Assembly (NCBI GenBank): GCA_965220085.1
Contig: CBDCOZ010000003.1
Span: 1,728,001-1,792,000, forward strand
Source of the DNA: Candidatus Oxydemutatoraceae bacterium
GTDB lineage: Bacteria > Pseudomonadota > Gammaproteobacteria > Poriferisulfidales > Oxydemutatoraceae
DNA: 64,000 nucleotides
Direction of reading: 5' to 3'
Part shown: in pieces, positions 32,845 to 42,457 of the stretch
Layout of the letters: each line of letters opens with the position of its first letter
Numbering within the stretch: the first letter of the stretch is position 1
Made by a program: the position numbers and the translations under genes
Notes under the pieces: model-generated
What the model was told of the DNA's origin: nothing
Database searches by the model: none
The model's input: only the letters and a program-made list of their open reading frames with translations

Positions 32845-34143
32845 ATGAAAACTGTCGACTCTCTGATCCGTGCGCGCCGGGTGATTCCCGTCAGGCCCCG
32901 CGACACCGTCTATGAGGATTACACGATCGCGATAGACAAAGGACATATCGCAGCGCTCATCCCGCAAGCGGAGGCGGCACAAAGATTCAAATCCGACGAG
33001 GTCATAAACCTCAGGCGCCACATCGTCATGCCCGGTCTGGTCAATGCGCACACCAAGTCGGCGATGGGGTTGTTGCGGGGACTCGCGACCGCGCCGGCGG
33101 CAACCGCCAAACTGTCCGGCCTGCTGCGGTCAAAGCTGCTCTCCTCGCAATTCGTCAGAGCCGGTTCCGAACTCGCGGTCGCGCAGATGTTGCGCGCCGG
33201 CATCACCTGCTTTAACGACACCTATTTATTCCCCGAAGAAAGCATTGACGCTATGAGCAACGCGCGGATGCGCGCGGTATTCGGCCTGATCATCCTCGAC
33301 CGCCCGAGCGCCTATGCCAAAGACGCCGAGGATTACATAGCCAAAAGCGCGGAGATATACGACCGCTACAAAGACAGCGCCCGCATCCGCTTCGCGCTCG
33401 CGCCATCACCGGCGGCGCCCGACGATATACTGGAGCACGTGCGCGTAATCCGCGCCGAGTTGGACCTGCCCGTGCATATAAATCTGCACAGAAACGAGCG
33501 GGAAATCAAGTTTGCTCTGGAACACCACGGCTGTCGTCCGCTGCAACGGCTGGATAGGTTGGGGCTGGTATCTCCCGCCTTACTGGCGACACACGCGTTG
33601 CATCTGGAAAAGAAAGAAATCGGCCTGTTGCAAAAATACCACGTGAAAATCGTCCATTGTCCGCAATTCAATATGCGCGAGGGGCAATCCGAGTTCGCGA
33701 TGAAAGAATTGATAAAACAAGGAGTTACAATATCGCTCGGCAGCGGCAGTCCGACTAAGACCGGAACGTCGGATATGTTTGGCATCATGCGCGACGCTTT
33801 TCTGCTCGCTCGTTTGAACCGCTGCCAACCCGCCGCTTTTGACCTCATTGAGATGGCGACACTCGGCGGCGCCCGAGCGCTCGGGCTTGAGAATATCATC
33901 GGTTCGGCGCAAAAAGGCAAGGCCGCCGACCTGATTGCGGTGCGATATGGCGACATTGATACCATACCGGCGCATAATGTGGCAGACTATCTCATACACT
34001 CGGCGCGCGCGAGCGATGTAAGATATGTCTGGGTTGGCGGTCAATGCCTGTTACGCAAGCGCGCATTCACGACGATTGACGAACAGGCGCTGATGGAAAA
34101 GACCGAAAGATGGAGCGACAAGATCAACAAGCTGATAAGATGA
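32845..34143 (+). CDS. TRZ/ATZ (MtaD-like) amidohydrolase-fold protein with degenerate metal site
   Basis: MPGLVNAHTK, AGITCFND, MATLGGARALGL, GKAADLIAV; position upstream of ubiG. Confidence 0.85.
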   Translation: MKTVDSLIRARRVIPVRPRDTVYEDYTIAIDKGHIAALIPQAEAAQRFKSDEVINLRRHIVMPGLVNAHTKSAMGLLRGLATAPAATAKLSGLLRSKLLSSQFVRAGSELAVAQMLRAGITCFNDTYLFPEESIDAMSNARMRAVFGLIILDRPSAYAKDAEDYIAKSAEIYDRYKDSARIRFALAPSPAAPDDILEHVRVIRAELDLPVHINLHRNEREIKFALEHHGCRPLQRLDRLGLVSPALLATHALHLEKKEIGLLQKYHVKIVHCPQFNMREGQSEFAMKELIKQGVTISLGSGSPTKTGTSDMFGIMRDAFLLARLNRCQPAAFDLIEMATLGGARALGLENIIGSAQKGKAADLIAVRYGDIDTIPAHNVADYLIHSARASDVRYVWVGGQCLLRKRAFTTIDEQALMEKTERWSDKINKLIR

Positions 34144-34847
34144 AATCACAGACGCAAAACACAGATGCCGCGGAGCTGGAAAAATTCGAAGCCGCGGCAA
34201 CGCATTGGTGGGACGCGCAAGGGGACTTTAAGACCTTGCACGCAATCAACCCGGCGCGTCTTGAATACATCGACAGCCGCTCGCCGCTCGCCGGCAAAAC
34301 GATACTGGATGTCGGTTGCGGCGGCGGCCTGCTCAGCGAAGCGATGGCGCGCCAAGGCGGTCGGGTCAGCGGCATTGATATGGGAAAAAACGCCATTGAG
34401 GTGGCAAAACTCCACCTCCATGTGTCCGGGCTCGAAGCGGACTACCAAGTCGCGGATGCGAGCGATATGGCCGCCGCGACGCCGGGCGCATACGATGTCG
34501 TAACGTGCTTGGAGTTGCTCGAGCACGTGCCTTCGCCCGATGCTATCGTCGCAGCGTGCGCGGCGCTGGCAAAACCCGGCGGCGATGTGTTTTTCTCAAC
34601 CATAAACCGCAATCCGCTGTCTTATGCTCTGGCCATCGTCGCCGCCGAATACGCCCTCGGCTTGCTGCCCAAGGGCACCCACGAATATGCGAAATTCATC
34701 AAACCGTCCGAGTTGGCGGACAGCGCGCGCAAATGCGGGCTGACAGTCTGTGATATCAGCGGCATGCGCTATAACCCGTTCGCCGAATATGCGGCCATTG
34801 ACAAGAACCCGGCGGTTAATTACCTGATGCACTGCCGCAAAACATGA
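34140..34847 (+). CDS. ubiG: Ubiquinone biosynthesis O-methyltransferase
   Basis: WWD..G.FKTLHAINPARL, LDVGCGGGLLSE, LEHVP, STINR. Confidence 0.97.
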   Translation: MKSQTQNTDAAELEKFEAAATHWWDAQGDFKTLHAINPARLEYIDSRSPLAGKTILDVGCGGGLLSEAMARQGGRVSGIDMGKNAIEVAKLHLHVSGLEADYQVADASDMAAATPGAYDVVTCLELLEHVPSPDAIVAACAALAKPGGDVFFSTINRNPLSYALAIVAAEYALGLLPKGTHEYAKFIKPSELADSARKCGLTVCDISGMRYNPFAEYAAIDKNPAVNYLMHCRKT

Positions 34848-35536
34848 CGATGACACAAGCCCCGCAACAAGCGCTGCTATTTGACCTCGACGGCACTCTG
34901 ATCGACAGCGCCAAGGACATCGTCAATTCGCTGATAGAAGTCTTTACAGCCAACGGCATGCGGCTTGAGCCGTCGCAACCCTTGACTCAAGCGGCCGGCG
35001 AGGGACGCGCGAGCCTGCTCCAAACCGCGCTCGGCGAAAAGCGCATGGAGGACGATCAAATCAACGCATTATCGGAACAATTCTCCGCGACATACGCCCA
35101 ACGCATGTGCGAGACCACCCGCCCGTATCCGGGCATCGAAGACATGCTGGCAACGCTTAACGCGCGCGGTATCAGCTGGGGCATCGTGACGAACAAGCTC
35201 GGTCATCTCGGCAAACCGCTGATTAGAAAATTGGGCTTGGCGGACCATGCCGCCTGTCTCGTCTTCGGCGACACCACAGAAAAAAAGCCGTCGCCCGAGC
35301 CGCTGTTTCATGCCGCCGAACAGATAGGAATAGCGACCGACCGCTGCATATTTGTCGGCGATACCGAAAACGACATCATAGCGGGCAACCGCGCCGGCGC
35401 CACCACCGTCGCGGTCATGCAAACCAACCCCTTGCGCGAAGAAGTCTTGCGGTGGTCGGCCGATGCGGTTCTGGATAAGACCTGCGATATACTGGGGTGG
35501 CTGGATAGCAGGCAAGCATCATGTCGGAAGTTCTGA
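34844..35536 (+). CDS. HAD phosphatase (Gph/MupP-like)
   Basis: FDLDGTLIDS, TNK, KKPSPEP, VGD; follows ubiG. Confidence 0.9.
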   Translation: MTMTQAPQQALLFDLDGTLIDSAKDIVNSLIEVFTANGMRLEPSQPLTQAAGEGRASLLQTALGEKRMEDDQINALSEQFSATYAQRMCETTRPYPGIEDMLATLNARGISWGIVTNKLGHLGKPLIRKLGLADHAACLVFGDTTEKKPSPEPLFHAAEQIGIATDRCIFVGDTENDIIAGNRAGATTVAVMQTNPLREEVLRWSADAVLDKTCDILGWLDSRQASCRKF

Positions 35537-36804
35537 TATTTGTAAGCGGGTTGATTGCGGGCGGCGCGGTTGTATGCTTCTTGCGCCGCCCGACAACCCC
35601 GCAAGACACAACCTCGCAAGACGAGGCGCGAAGCCTGCGCGACAAAAATCTGGAGCTCGAAAAGCGCGTCACGGAGCTGAAAACCCGCCGCGAGGAAGAC
35701 GACAAGAAAATCGCCCTGCTGCAGAATGCGGAAGAGCATCTCAAAAAGGAGTTTGAAAACCTGGGCAATCGCATCTTTGAAAACCGGAGCGAAAAGCTCG
35801 AACGGCAGAACAAAGAGCAATTAAAGAATATCCTCGGCCCTTTAAACGAACAGATACAAAACTTCAGCAAGACTTTCGCCGATACCGACAAAAGCCTGTC
35901 GGGCAAATTCGGCGAGCTCAAAGGACAGATTGAAGGGCTCTCCAACCTCAATAAAAACATCGGCGAACAGGCGAAAAACCTGACGACCGCGCTCAAGGGC
36001 GATGTCAAGCAACAAGGCAACTGGGGCGAGATGCTGCTTGAAAGAACGCTGGAGGTATCGGGACTGCGCAAAGACATTGATTATGAAATGCAGAAGTCCT
36101 ATGCGGACGGAGAAGGCGCGCGCAAGATTCCCGATGCCATCGTCTATCTGCCCGACAATAAGGCCATCATCATCGATGCGAAGGTATCGCTGGCGGACTA
36201 CGAAGCATATTCGTCCGCCGACGACGCGAGCGAAAAAGAAGCGGCGCTCGGGCGGCATATCAAATCGGTGAAAAGACACATCAAGGACCTGAGCGGAAAG
36301 AACTACCAAAACATACCGATGAAACAGACCCTTGACTACGTGCTGATGTTTACCCCGATAGAAGCCGCGCACCTTCTGACCTTGCAACACGAGCGCGACA
36401 TCCTTCGCCTCGCATTGCGCGATAATATCGTGCTGACCTGCCCGTCGACCTTGCTCTCCATTCTCAGGACGATACACGCGCTGTGGCAACTGGAAGCCCA
36501 GAACACCAACGCCAGAAAGATTGCCGAACAGGCGGGCGGGCTCTACGACAAGTTTGCGGGTTTTGCCAAGAAGATGGAGACAGTCGGCGAGCAGTTGGAG
36601 CGGACATCGCGCTCCTATGACGAGGCCTATAAGTTACTGGCTACCGGACGCGGTAACCTGATTCGCCGCGCCGAAGATATCAAGCAACTCGGCGCGAAGA
36701 CTACAAAAGAACCGCCCGAATCCATGCTAAAAGACAGCGAGGACAGCGACAGCCCGACGCCGCTCAGCGACGATTCGCAGCGGCCTAATCCTCCGCTTTC
36801 TTAG
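35521..36804 (+). CDS. rmuC: DNA recombination protein RmuC
   Basis: N-terminal TM plus coiled coil, QGNWGEMLLE, PD..V.LP, IIDAKVSL, LYDKF. Confidence 0.94.
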   Translation: MSEVLIFVSGLIAGGAVVCFLRRPTTPQDTTSQDEARSLRDKNLELEKRVTELKTRREEDDKKIALLQNAEEHLKKEFENLGNRIFENRSEKLERQNKEQLKNILGPLNEQIQNFSKTFADTDKSLSGKFGELKGQIEGLSNLNKNIGEQAKNLTTALKGDVKQQGNWGEMLLERTLEVSGLRKDIDYEMQKSYADGEGARKIPDAIVYLPDNKAIIIDAKVSLADYEAYSSADDASEKEAALGRHIKSVKRHIKDLSGKNYQNIPMKQTLDYVLMFTPIEAAHLLTLQHERDILRLALRDNIVLTCPSTLLSILRTIHALWQLEAQNTNARKIAEQAGGLYDKFAGFAKKMETVGEQLERTSRSYDEAYKLLATGRGNLIRRAEDIKQLGAKTTKEPPESMLKDSEDSDSPTPLSDDSQRPNPPLS

Positions 36805-38278
36805 GCCGCAGCAAGGGAAACAAAATAACATCGCGGATAGACGCCGAGTCCGTCAACAGCATGACGAGGCGATCGATGCCGATACCTTCGCCGGCGGTCG
36901 GCGGCAAGCCGTACTCCAGCGCCTCCACATAATCGCCGTCATAGAGCATCGCCTCATCGTCGCCCGCGGCTTTGGCGGCGGCCTGCTGTTGCAGACGCTG
37001 TTTCTGATCGTCGGCATCGTTGAGCTCGGAAAACCCGTTGGCAATCTCCATGCCGCAGATGAACAACTCAAAGCGATCGGCGGTATCGGGCGCGCTGTCG
37101 CTGCGGCGGGCAAGCGGCGATGCGTCAAGCGGGAAAGCGGTGATAAATGTCGGCTGTTGCAACCGCTCCTCTGCCGTCTTTTCAAACAACGCTGCTTTCA
37201 GCAAGCCTGTTGTCAATATCTGCGCATCCTTAATCGCATGACTTGCGGCATACGCGGCAAGGCGCTCCCGATCGTCCAGCGCGCCGGCGCCGAGTTGCGG
37301 ATTAAACTTCAGCAAGGCCTCGTCCATCGTCAGGCGCGCAAAGGGCTTTGACAGATCACAGCGCGCGCCTTGATACTCAAACCCGTCGTCATCATTGACC
37401 CGCCGACAAACCCGCCGCAACATCTCTTCGCTCAAAACCATCAAGTCTTTGTAGTCGGCGTAGGCCTGATAAAACTCAAGCATCGTGAACTCGGGATTGT
37501 GCTTTGCGGACACGCCCTCGTTCCTGAAATTGCGGTTGATCTCATAGACTTTCTCCATGCCGCCGACGACCAGCCGCTTGAGGTACAACTCGGGGGCGAT
37601 GCGCAGATACAGATCAATATCCAGCGCATTGTGGCGGGTCACAAATGGTCGCGCTGTCGCACCGCCGGCGAGCGGCTGCATCATCGGCGTCTCCGCCTCA
37701 ATAAATTGCCTCTGCTCAAGAAAATCGCGGATGGCGGAAATGATTGCGGCCCGCGCCTCAAATATCTTCTTGCCGGCGGGATTTAGAATCAAGTCCAGAT
37801 AGCGCTTGCGGTAGCGCTGTTCGATATCCTTCAAGCCATAGAATTCCTTCGGCAACGGGTGCAGCGACTTAACCAGTATGGAAAATTCGGCGACACGGAT
37901 CGTGAGTTCGCCTTTCATTGTGCGGGTCACCCGTCCGCGCGCGCCGACAATATCCCCGACATCCGCCTGCGCGAACGACTCCAATGCGTCGGCAGCGGTA
38001 AAATCGGCGCCGACCATCAGCTGCAGGTCGCCGCTCATATCGCGCGCGACAGCAAAGGCCGTCGCCCCCATCCGGCGCAAAGACATCAGCCGACCGGCAA
38101 CAGCGACTGCGCGGTCGGCGGTCTCAAGCGCGTCGCGGTCCAGGTCTGCAGCCGCCGTCCGCACTTGGGCGATCAGATCGCTGCGGCGAAAATCATTCGG
38201 ATACGGCTGTTGCCCCGCAGACCGCCGTGCCGCGACCCAGTCGCGCCGACCTTTGCCATATTTGTCTTCCTCGCTCAT
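36785..38278 (-). CDS. lysS: Lysine-tRNA ligase (class II)
   Basis: YLRIAPELYLKRL, FRNEG, HNPEFTMLE, GLPPTAGEGIGIDR. Confidence 0.98.
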   Translation of the reverse strand: MSEEDKYGKGRRDWVAARRSAGQQPYPNDFRRSDLIAQVRTAAADLDRDALETADRAVAVAGRLMSLRRMGATAFAVARDMSGDLQLMVGADFTAADALESFAQADVGDIVGARGRVTRTMKGELTIRVAEFSILVKSLHPLPKEFYGLKDIEQRYRKRYLDLILNPAGKKIFEARAAIISAIRDFLEQRQFIEAETPMMQPLAGGATARPFVTRHNALDIDLYLRIAPELYLKRLVVGGMEKVYEINRNFRNEGVSAKHNPEFTMLEFYQAYADYKDLMVLSEEMLRRVCRRVNDDDGFEYQGARCDLSKPFARLTMDEALLKFNPQLGAGALDDRERLAAYAASHAIKDAQILTTGLLKAALFEKTAEERLQQPTFITAFPLDASPLARRSDSAPDTADRFELFICGMEIANGFSELNDADDQKQRLQQQAAAKAAGDDEAMLYDGDYVEALEYGLPPTAGEGIGIDRLVMLLTDSASIRDVILFPLLRPKKAED

Positions 38279-38280
38279 CG

Positions 38281-39376
38281 TTAAACCCCCTGCCGCAGAC
38301 TTTCTTCCATAAACGGCGTCAAGTCGCCGTCCAGCACCGCCTGCGTATTCGTCGTCTCGTGTTTGGTGCGCAAATCCTTAATCCGCGACTGATCCAGCAC
38401 ATAAGAACGTATCTGACTGCCCCAGCCGATGTCGTCTTTGGATTCTTCTATCGCCCTTTGCTCCTTGTATTTGTCGCGCATCTCCAACTCGTATAACTTG
38501 GCTTTGAGTTGCTTCATCGCGGTTGCCTTGTTCTTGTGTTGCGAACGGTCGTTCTGACACTGCGTAACAGACCCGGTCGGCACATGGGTAATCCTGACCG
38601 CGGACTCGGTCTTGTTCACGTGCTGCCCGCCCGCGCCGCTCGCGCGATACACATCGATGCGCAAATCGGCGGGGTTAATCTCTATGTTAATGTCATCGGA
38701 AATCTCCGGCGAGACGAATACCGAAGCAAAAGAAGTATGGCGACGATTGCCCGAATCAAACGGCGATTTCCTGACCAGACGGTGAACCCCTGTCTCGGTG
38801 CGCAACCAGCCATAAGCATATTCGCCTTCGACCTTGATGGTCGCGCTTTTGATGCCGGCGACTTCGCCGGGCGATACCTCGATCACCTCGCGCACAAACC
38901 CGCGCGCCTCGGTCCAGCGCAAATACATCCTCAACAGCATCTCCGCCCAGTCCTGCGCCTCGGTGCCCCCCGAACCGGCGTTGATATCCAAAAACGCGTT
39001 ATTGGGATCGGCGTCGCGGCAGAACATCCGCCGGAACTCAAGCTCGCCCACATCGGCCTCAAGTGTCTTGACATCATCGCGTATCCCTTCAATGACCGCG
39101 GCATCGCCGTCTTCCTCGGCGAGTTCGAGCAACTCGCGGGCATCTTTCAGCCGCGCGCTGATGCGATCAATCCCGCCGACTGCCCGCTCCAAAGTCACCC
39201 GCTCGCGTCCCAACTTCTGGGAGCGCGTCTGGTCTCGCCACACTTGCGGCTGTTCGAGCTCGCGACACACGGCCTGATAACGGACTACCTTATCGGCATA
39301 GTCAAAGATACCCCCTAAGCGTTTCAACACGCTCGCTGAGGCCGTCCAAAGCATTTTTTATCGGGTTAATTTCCAT
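38281..39376 (-). CDS. prfB: Peptide chain release factor 2, programmed +1 frameshift (join 39376-39305, 39303-38281)
   Basis: [24 protein letters not shown], then AGGGGG-TAT-CTT-TGA-C slippery site, then DYADK.. frame with SPF and GGQ. Confidence 0.97.
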
Positions 39377-39522
39377 CTTGGTTTCAAAAACAGCCGCTTG
39401 TTCTTCAATACGGACGGCTGATAAACCCCTATTGTCAATACAAGCATCGCATTCGTCAATATGCGCGCCCCATGACAGCGGGGCGGGACAATTTGTATAA
39501 TGGGGTGACTACGGACGATGCA

Positions 39523-40953
39523 ATGACCGACTCTGCTGCCAAATCGGAACATATCCTGTTTATTACCGGCAAACTGGCCTGTGACGGGCTCACCGGCGTA
39601 CTGGACGCTATGCGCCCCGACTTCAGCTATACGGTGCGCGAATTAGGCCTCAGCGTCGCCGCATTGATGACGACCGCCATGATCAAACGGAGACTGAAAG
39701 AGACCGACAACGCCGACCGCATCATCCTGCCCGGCCGGTTTCGCGGTCGCCTCGACGAATTGAGCGAACATTTCGGCATACCGGTCGAACGCGGGCCGGA
39801 AGAATTCAAAGACCTGCCGCTGTTCTTCGGCTATCAAAAAGCGCCGCCGCGGCTGGACCAATACGATGTCATGATCTTTGCCGAAATCGTTGACGCGCCG
39901 AGCCGCTCCCCCGAACAAACTCTTGCCATCGCGCAACGCTATCGCAATGACGGCGCCGACGTGATAGATATCGGCTTTCTGCCCGACACGCCTTTCCCCC
40001 ATCTTAGCGATACCATCAAATTGCTCAAACACAATGCGTTCAAAGTCAGCATCGACACCCACGACCCCGATACGCTGCTTCGGGCGGCACACGACGGCGC
40101 CGACTACCTTCTGAGCTTAAAACGCGATACATTGTGGGTTGCCGATGAGACCGACGCCATTCCGATTATCATTCCGGACGCCCCGCAACAGATTGAAACG
40201 CTCTGCGAATCAATGGACGCTCTGCTCGATAAAAAACGCGCCTTCGTCGCCGACCCGATCTTGGACCCCATCCACTGCGGCTTTACCGAATCCATCGTGC
40301 GCTACCGCGAAATACAGCGCAGATACCCGCAAGCCGAAATCATGATGGGCATCGGCAACCTGACGGAGCTGACCCACGCCGACTCGGCCGGCACGACGGC
40401 AATCCTGATGGGAATCGTCTCGGAGATGGGCATCAAACATGTGCTGACCACCGAAGTCAGCGAACATTGTCGCAAAGCGATTCGGGAAACCGACATCGCC
40501 CGCCGCATCATGTTTGCCGCCCGCAAAGACAGCAGTCCGCCAATCGGCGTCGGCGGGCAATTGATGATGTTGCACGAGCGCAAGCCTTTTCCCGCCGATG
40601 CGGACGAAATTAAAGATCTGGCGGATAAGATCAAAGACCCCGGCATGCGCATACAGGCCAGCGCCGAAGGCATTCACGTATACAACCGCGACCTCTACCG
40701 GGTCGGCGCCGACCCGTTCGAGTTCTACCCCCATCTCGGCGTAGAAGACGACGGCGGTCATGCTTTTTACTTGGGGGTGGAACTTGCCAGAGCGCAGATC
40801 GCATGCCAACTCGGCAAGCGCTATACTCAGGACGAGGAACTGAACTGGGGCTGTGCCGTGGAACGCGAACAAGAGGATTTGACGACATTCAAACAGGCGG
40901 GCGCCACCCAGCGCAAGCGCAACAAGAAAGGAGACGGCGATGCTGATACTTGA
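39523..40953 (+). CDS. Dihydropteroate-synthase-like protein (DUF6513/Orf20-type, methanopterin biosynthesis)
   Basis: ILFITGKLA, VAALMT, RGPEE.KDLP, IFAEIVDA, GADVIDIG, DPILDPI, GNLTEL, HAFYLGVELARA; TATAAT at 39496. Confidence 0.8.
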   Translation: MTDSAAKSEHILFITGKLACDGLTGVLDAMRPDFSYTVRELGLSVAALMTTAMIKRRLKETDNADRIILPGRFRGRLDELSEHFGIPVERGPEEFKDLPLFFGYQKAPPRLDQYDVMIFAEIVDAPSRSPEQTLAIAQRYRNDGADVIDIGFLPDTPFPHLSDTIKLLKHNAFKVSIDTHDPDTLLRAAHDGADYLLSLKRDTLWVADETDAIPIIIPDAPQQIETLCESMDALLDKKRAFVADPILDPIHCGFTESIVRYREIQRRYPQAEIMMGIGNLTELTHADSAGTTAILMGIVSEMGIKHVLTTEVSEHCRKAIRETDIARRIMFAARKDSSPPIGVGGQLMMLHERKPFPADADEIKDLADKIKDPGMRIQASAEGIHVYNRDLYRVGADPFEFYPHLGVEDDGGHAFYLGVELARAQIACQLGKRYTQDEELNWGCAVEREQEDLTTFKQAGATQRKRNKKGDGDADT

Positions 40954-41394
40954 ATCCGTCGTCACTACGCGCAATCCCGACGGCAGCCCGCATATCGCGC
41001 CGCTCGGCAAGCGCTATGCCCGGGACGAAGAACCGGACTGGGGTTGTGCCGTGGAACGCGAACAAGAGGATTTGACGACATTCAAGCAGGCGGGCGCCAC
41101 CCAGCGCAAGCGCAACAAGAAAGGAGACGGCGATGCTGATACTTGAATCCGTCGTCACTACGCGCAATCCCGACGGCAGCCCGCATATCGCGCCGCTCGG
41201 CAAGCGCTATGCCCGGGACGAGGAACCGGACTGGGGGCTGTGCCGTGGAACGCGAACAGGAGGATTTGACGACATTCAAGCAGGCGGGCGCCACCCAGCG
41301 CAAGCGCAACAAGAAAGGAGACGGCGATGCTGATACTTGAATCCGTCGTCACTACGCGCAATCCCGACGGCAGCCCGCATATCGCGCCGCTCGG
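40810..41394. repeat. Tandem triplication, 193/194-bp unit, across the DHPS-like/DUF447 gene junction
   Basis: CTCGG boundaries at 40810, 41003, 41196 and 41390. Confidence 0.96.
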
Positions 41395-41905
41395 AGTCTG
41401 GGCGGACGATATGGCGCAACCGATACTGGCGCCTTTCAGGCCGTCGGCGACGCTTGACAACTTGATGCGCGAGAAGATTGCGGTCATCAACCGCACCGAC
41501 GATGTGCGGGTCTTCGCCGGCTGTCTGACCGGCCGTCGCGACTGGCCCCTGACGGCGGCGGCGGAGCTGCCGCTTGAACGGCTTGCGGACGCATTGAGCC
41601 ATAGCGAAGTGCGCATAATCGGCGTTGAGGAAGACGAACTGCGACCCAAGCTCCGTTGCGAGGTGGTGCGCGAAGAAACCCACGCGCCGTTCAACGGCTT
41701 TAACCGCGCGCAAGCCGCGGTGATAGAACTTGCGATACTCGTCAGCCGCTTGAATATGCTTGATAGCGACAAGATAGAACAGGAATTAAACTACCTTCAA
41801 ATAGCGATTGAAAAGACCGCCGGAGCCAGAGAGCTTGAAGCCTGGGGCTGGCTCATCGAAAAAATCAGGCAACACCCCGACCACAGCGCAATCGCACCGC
41901 GCTAA
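41327..41905 (+). CDS. DUF447 family protein (methanopterin-pathway associated)
   Basis: ILESVVTT..G.PHIAPLG, PFRPSATLDNL, FNRAQAAVIELAILVSRL, IEKTAG.RE.EAW. Confidence 0.82.
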   Translation: MLILESVVTTRNPDGSPHIAPLGVWADDMAQPILAPFRPSATLDNLMREKIAVINRTDDVRVFAGCLTGRRDWPLTAAAELPLERLADALSHSEVRIIGVEEDELRPKLRCEVVREETHAPFNGFNRAQAAVIELAILVSRLNMLDSDKIEQELNYLQIAIEKTAGARELEAWGWLIEKIRQHPDHSAIAPR

Positions 41906-42004
41906 CACACGCCGCTCCCCTCGCACAAACTATCGCCTTCCCCTTAGCGGGCTGATCCGCGCCGATTATGACGCTCCCTTCCGGCATACTGCCGCCGGAC
42001 AGCA

Positions 42005-42381
42005 CTCGCGGGGGAGTCGGCAAACTCAGGGCGAAGCCCGCAAGCGAATCGGCGAAGGGGGGCGAAGGTTTGCGCGAGATTGCTCTGCCCTCGCGAGTGC
42101 GAGGAGAAACTTTTGGAGCAACTGCCGCCGGTCGGCTCTCGCGAGGAGGCGGCAAACTCAGGGCGAAGCCCGCAAGCGAATCGGCGAAGGGGGGCGAAGG
42201 TTCGCGCGAGATTGCTCTGCCCTCACGAGCGCGAGGAGAAAGTTTTGGAGCAACTGCCGTCGGTCGGCTCTCGCAGGGGAGTCGGCAAACTCAGGGCGAA
42301 GCCCGCAAGCGAATCGGCGAAGGGGGGCGAAGGTTTGCGCGAGATTGCTCTGCCCTCACGAGCGCGAGGAGAAAGTTTGGA
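42005..42381. repeat. Tandem repeat, 132-133-bp unit, about 2.8 copies, within a REP/MITE-like intergenic element
   Basis: GGCAAACTCAGGGCGAAGCCCGCAAGCGAATCGGCGAAGGGGGGCG at 42019, 42151 and 42284. Confidence 0.9.
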
Positions 42382-42457
42382 GTAGCCGCCAAGCCATTCG
42401 CGAGTCAGCCCACAAGGGAGCGTACGGCGCGAGCGCTTCCCCGCAGGGGAGAGTGAT

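Noticed and set aside
38281-39376. prfB as a pseudogene or a novel recoding event
   Set aside because: It is the well-known CTT-TGA-C +1 autoregulatory frameshift with an internal SD.
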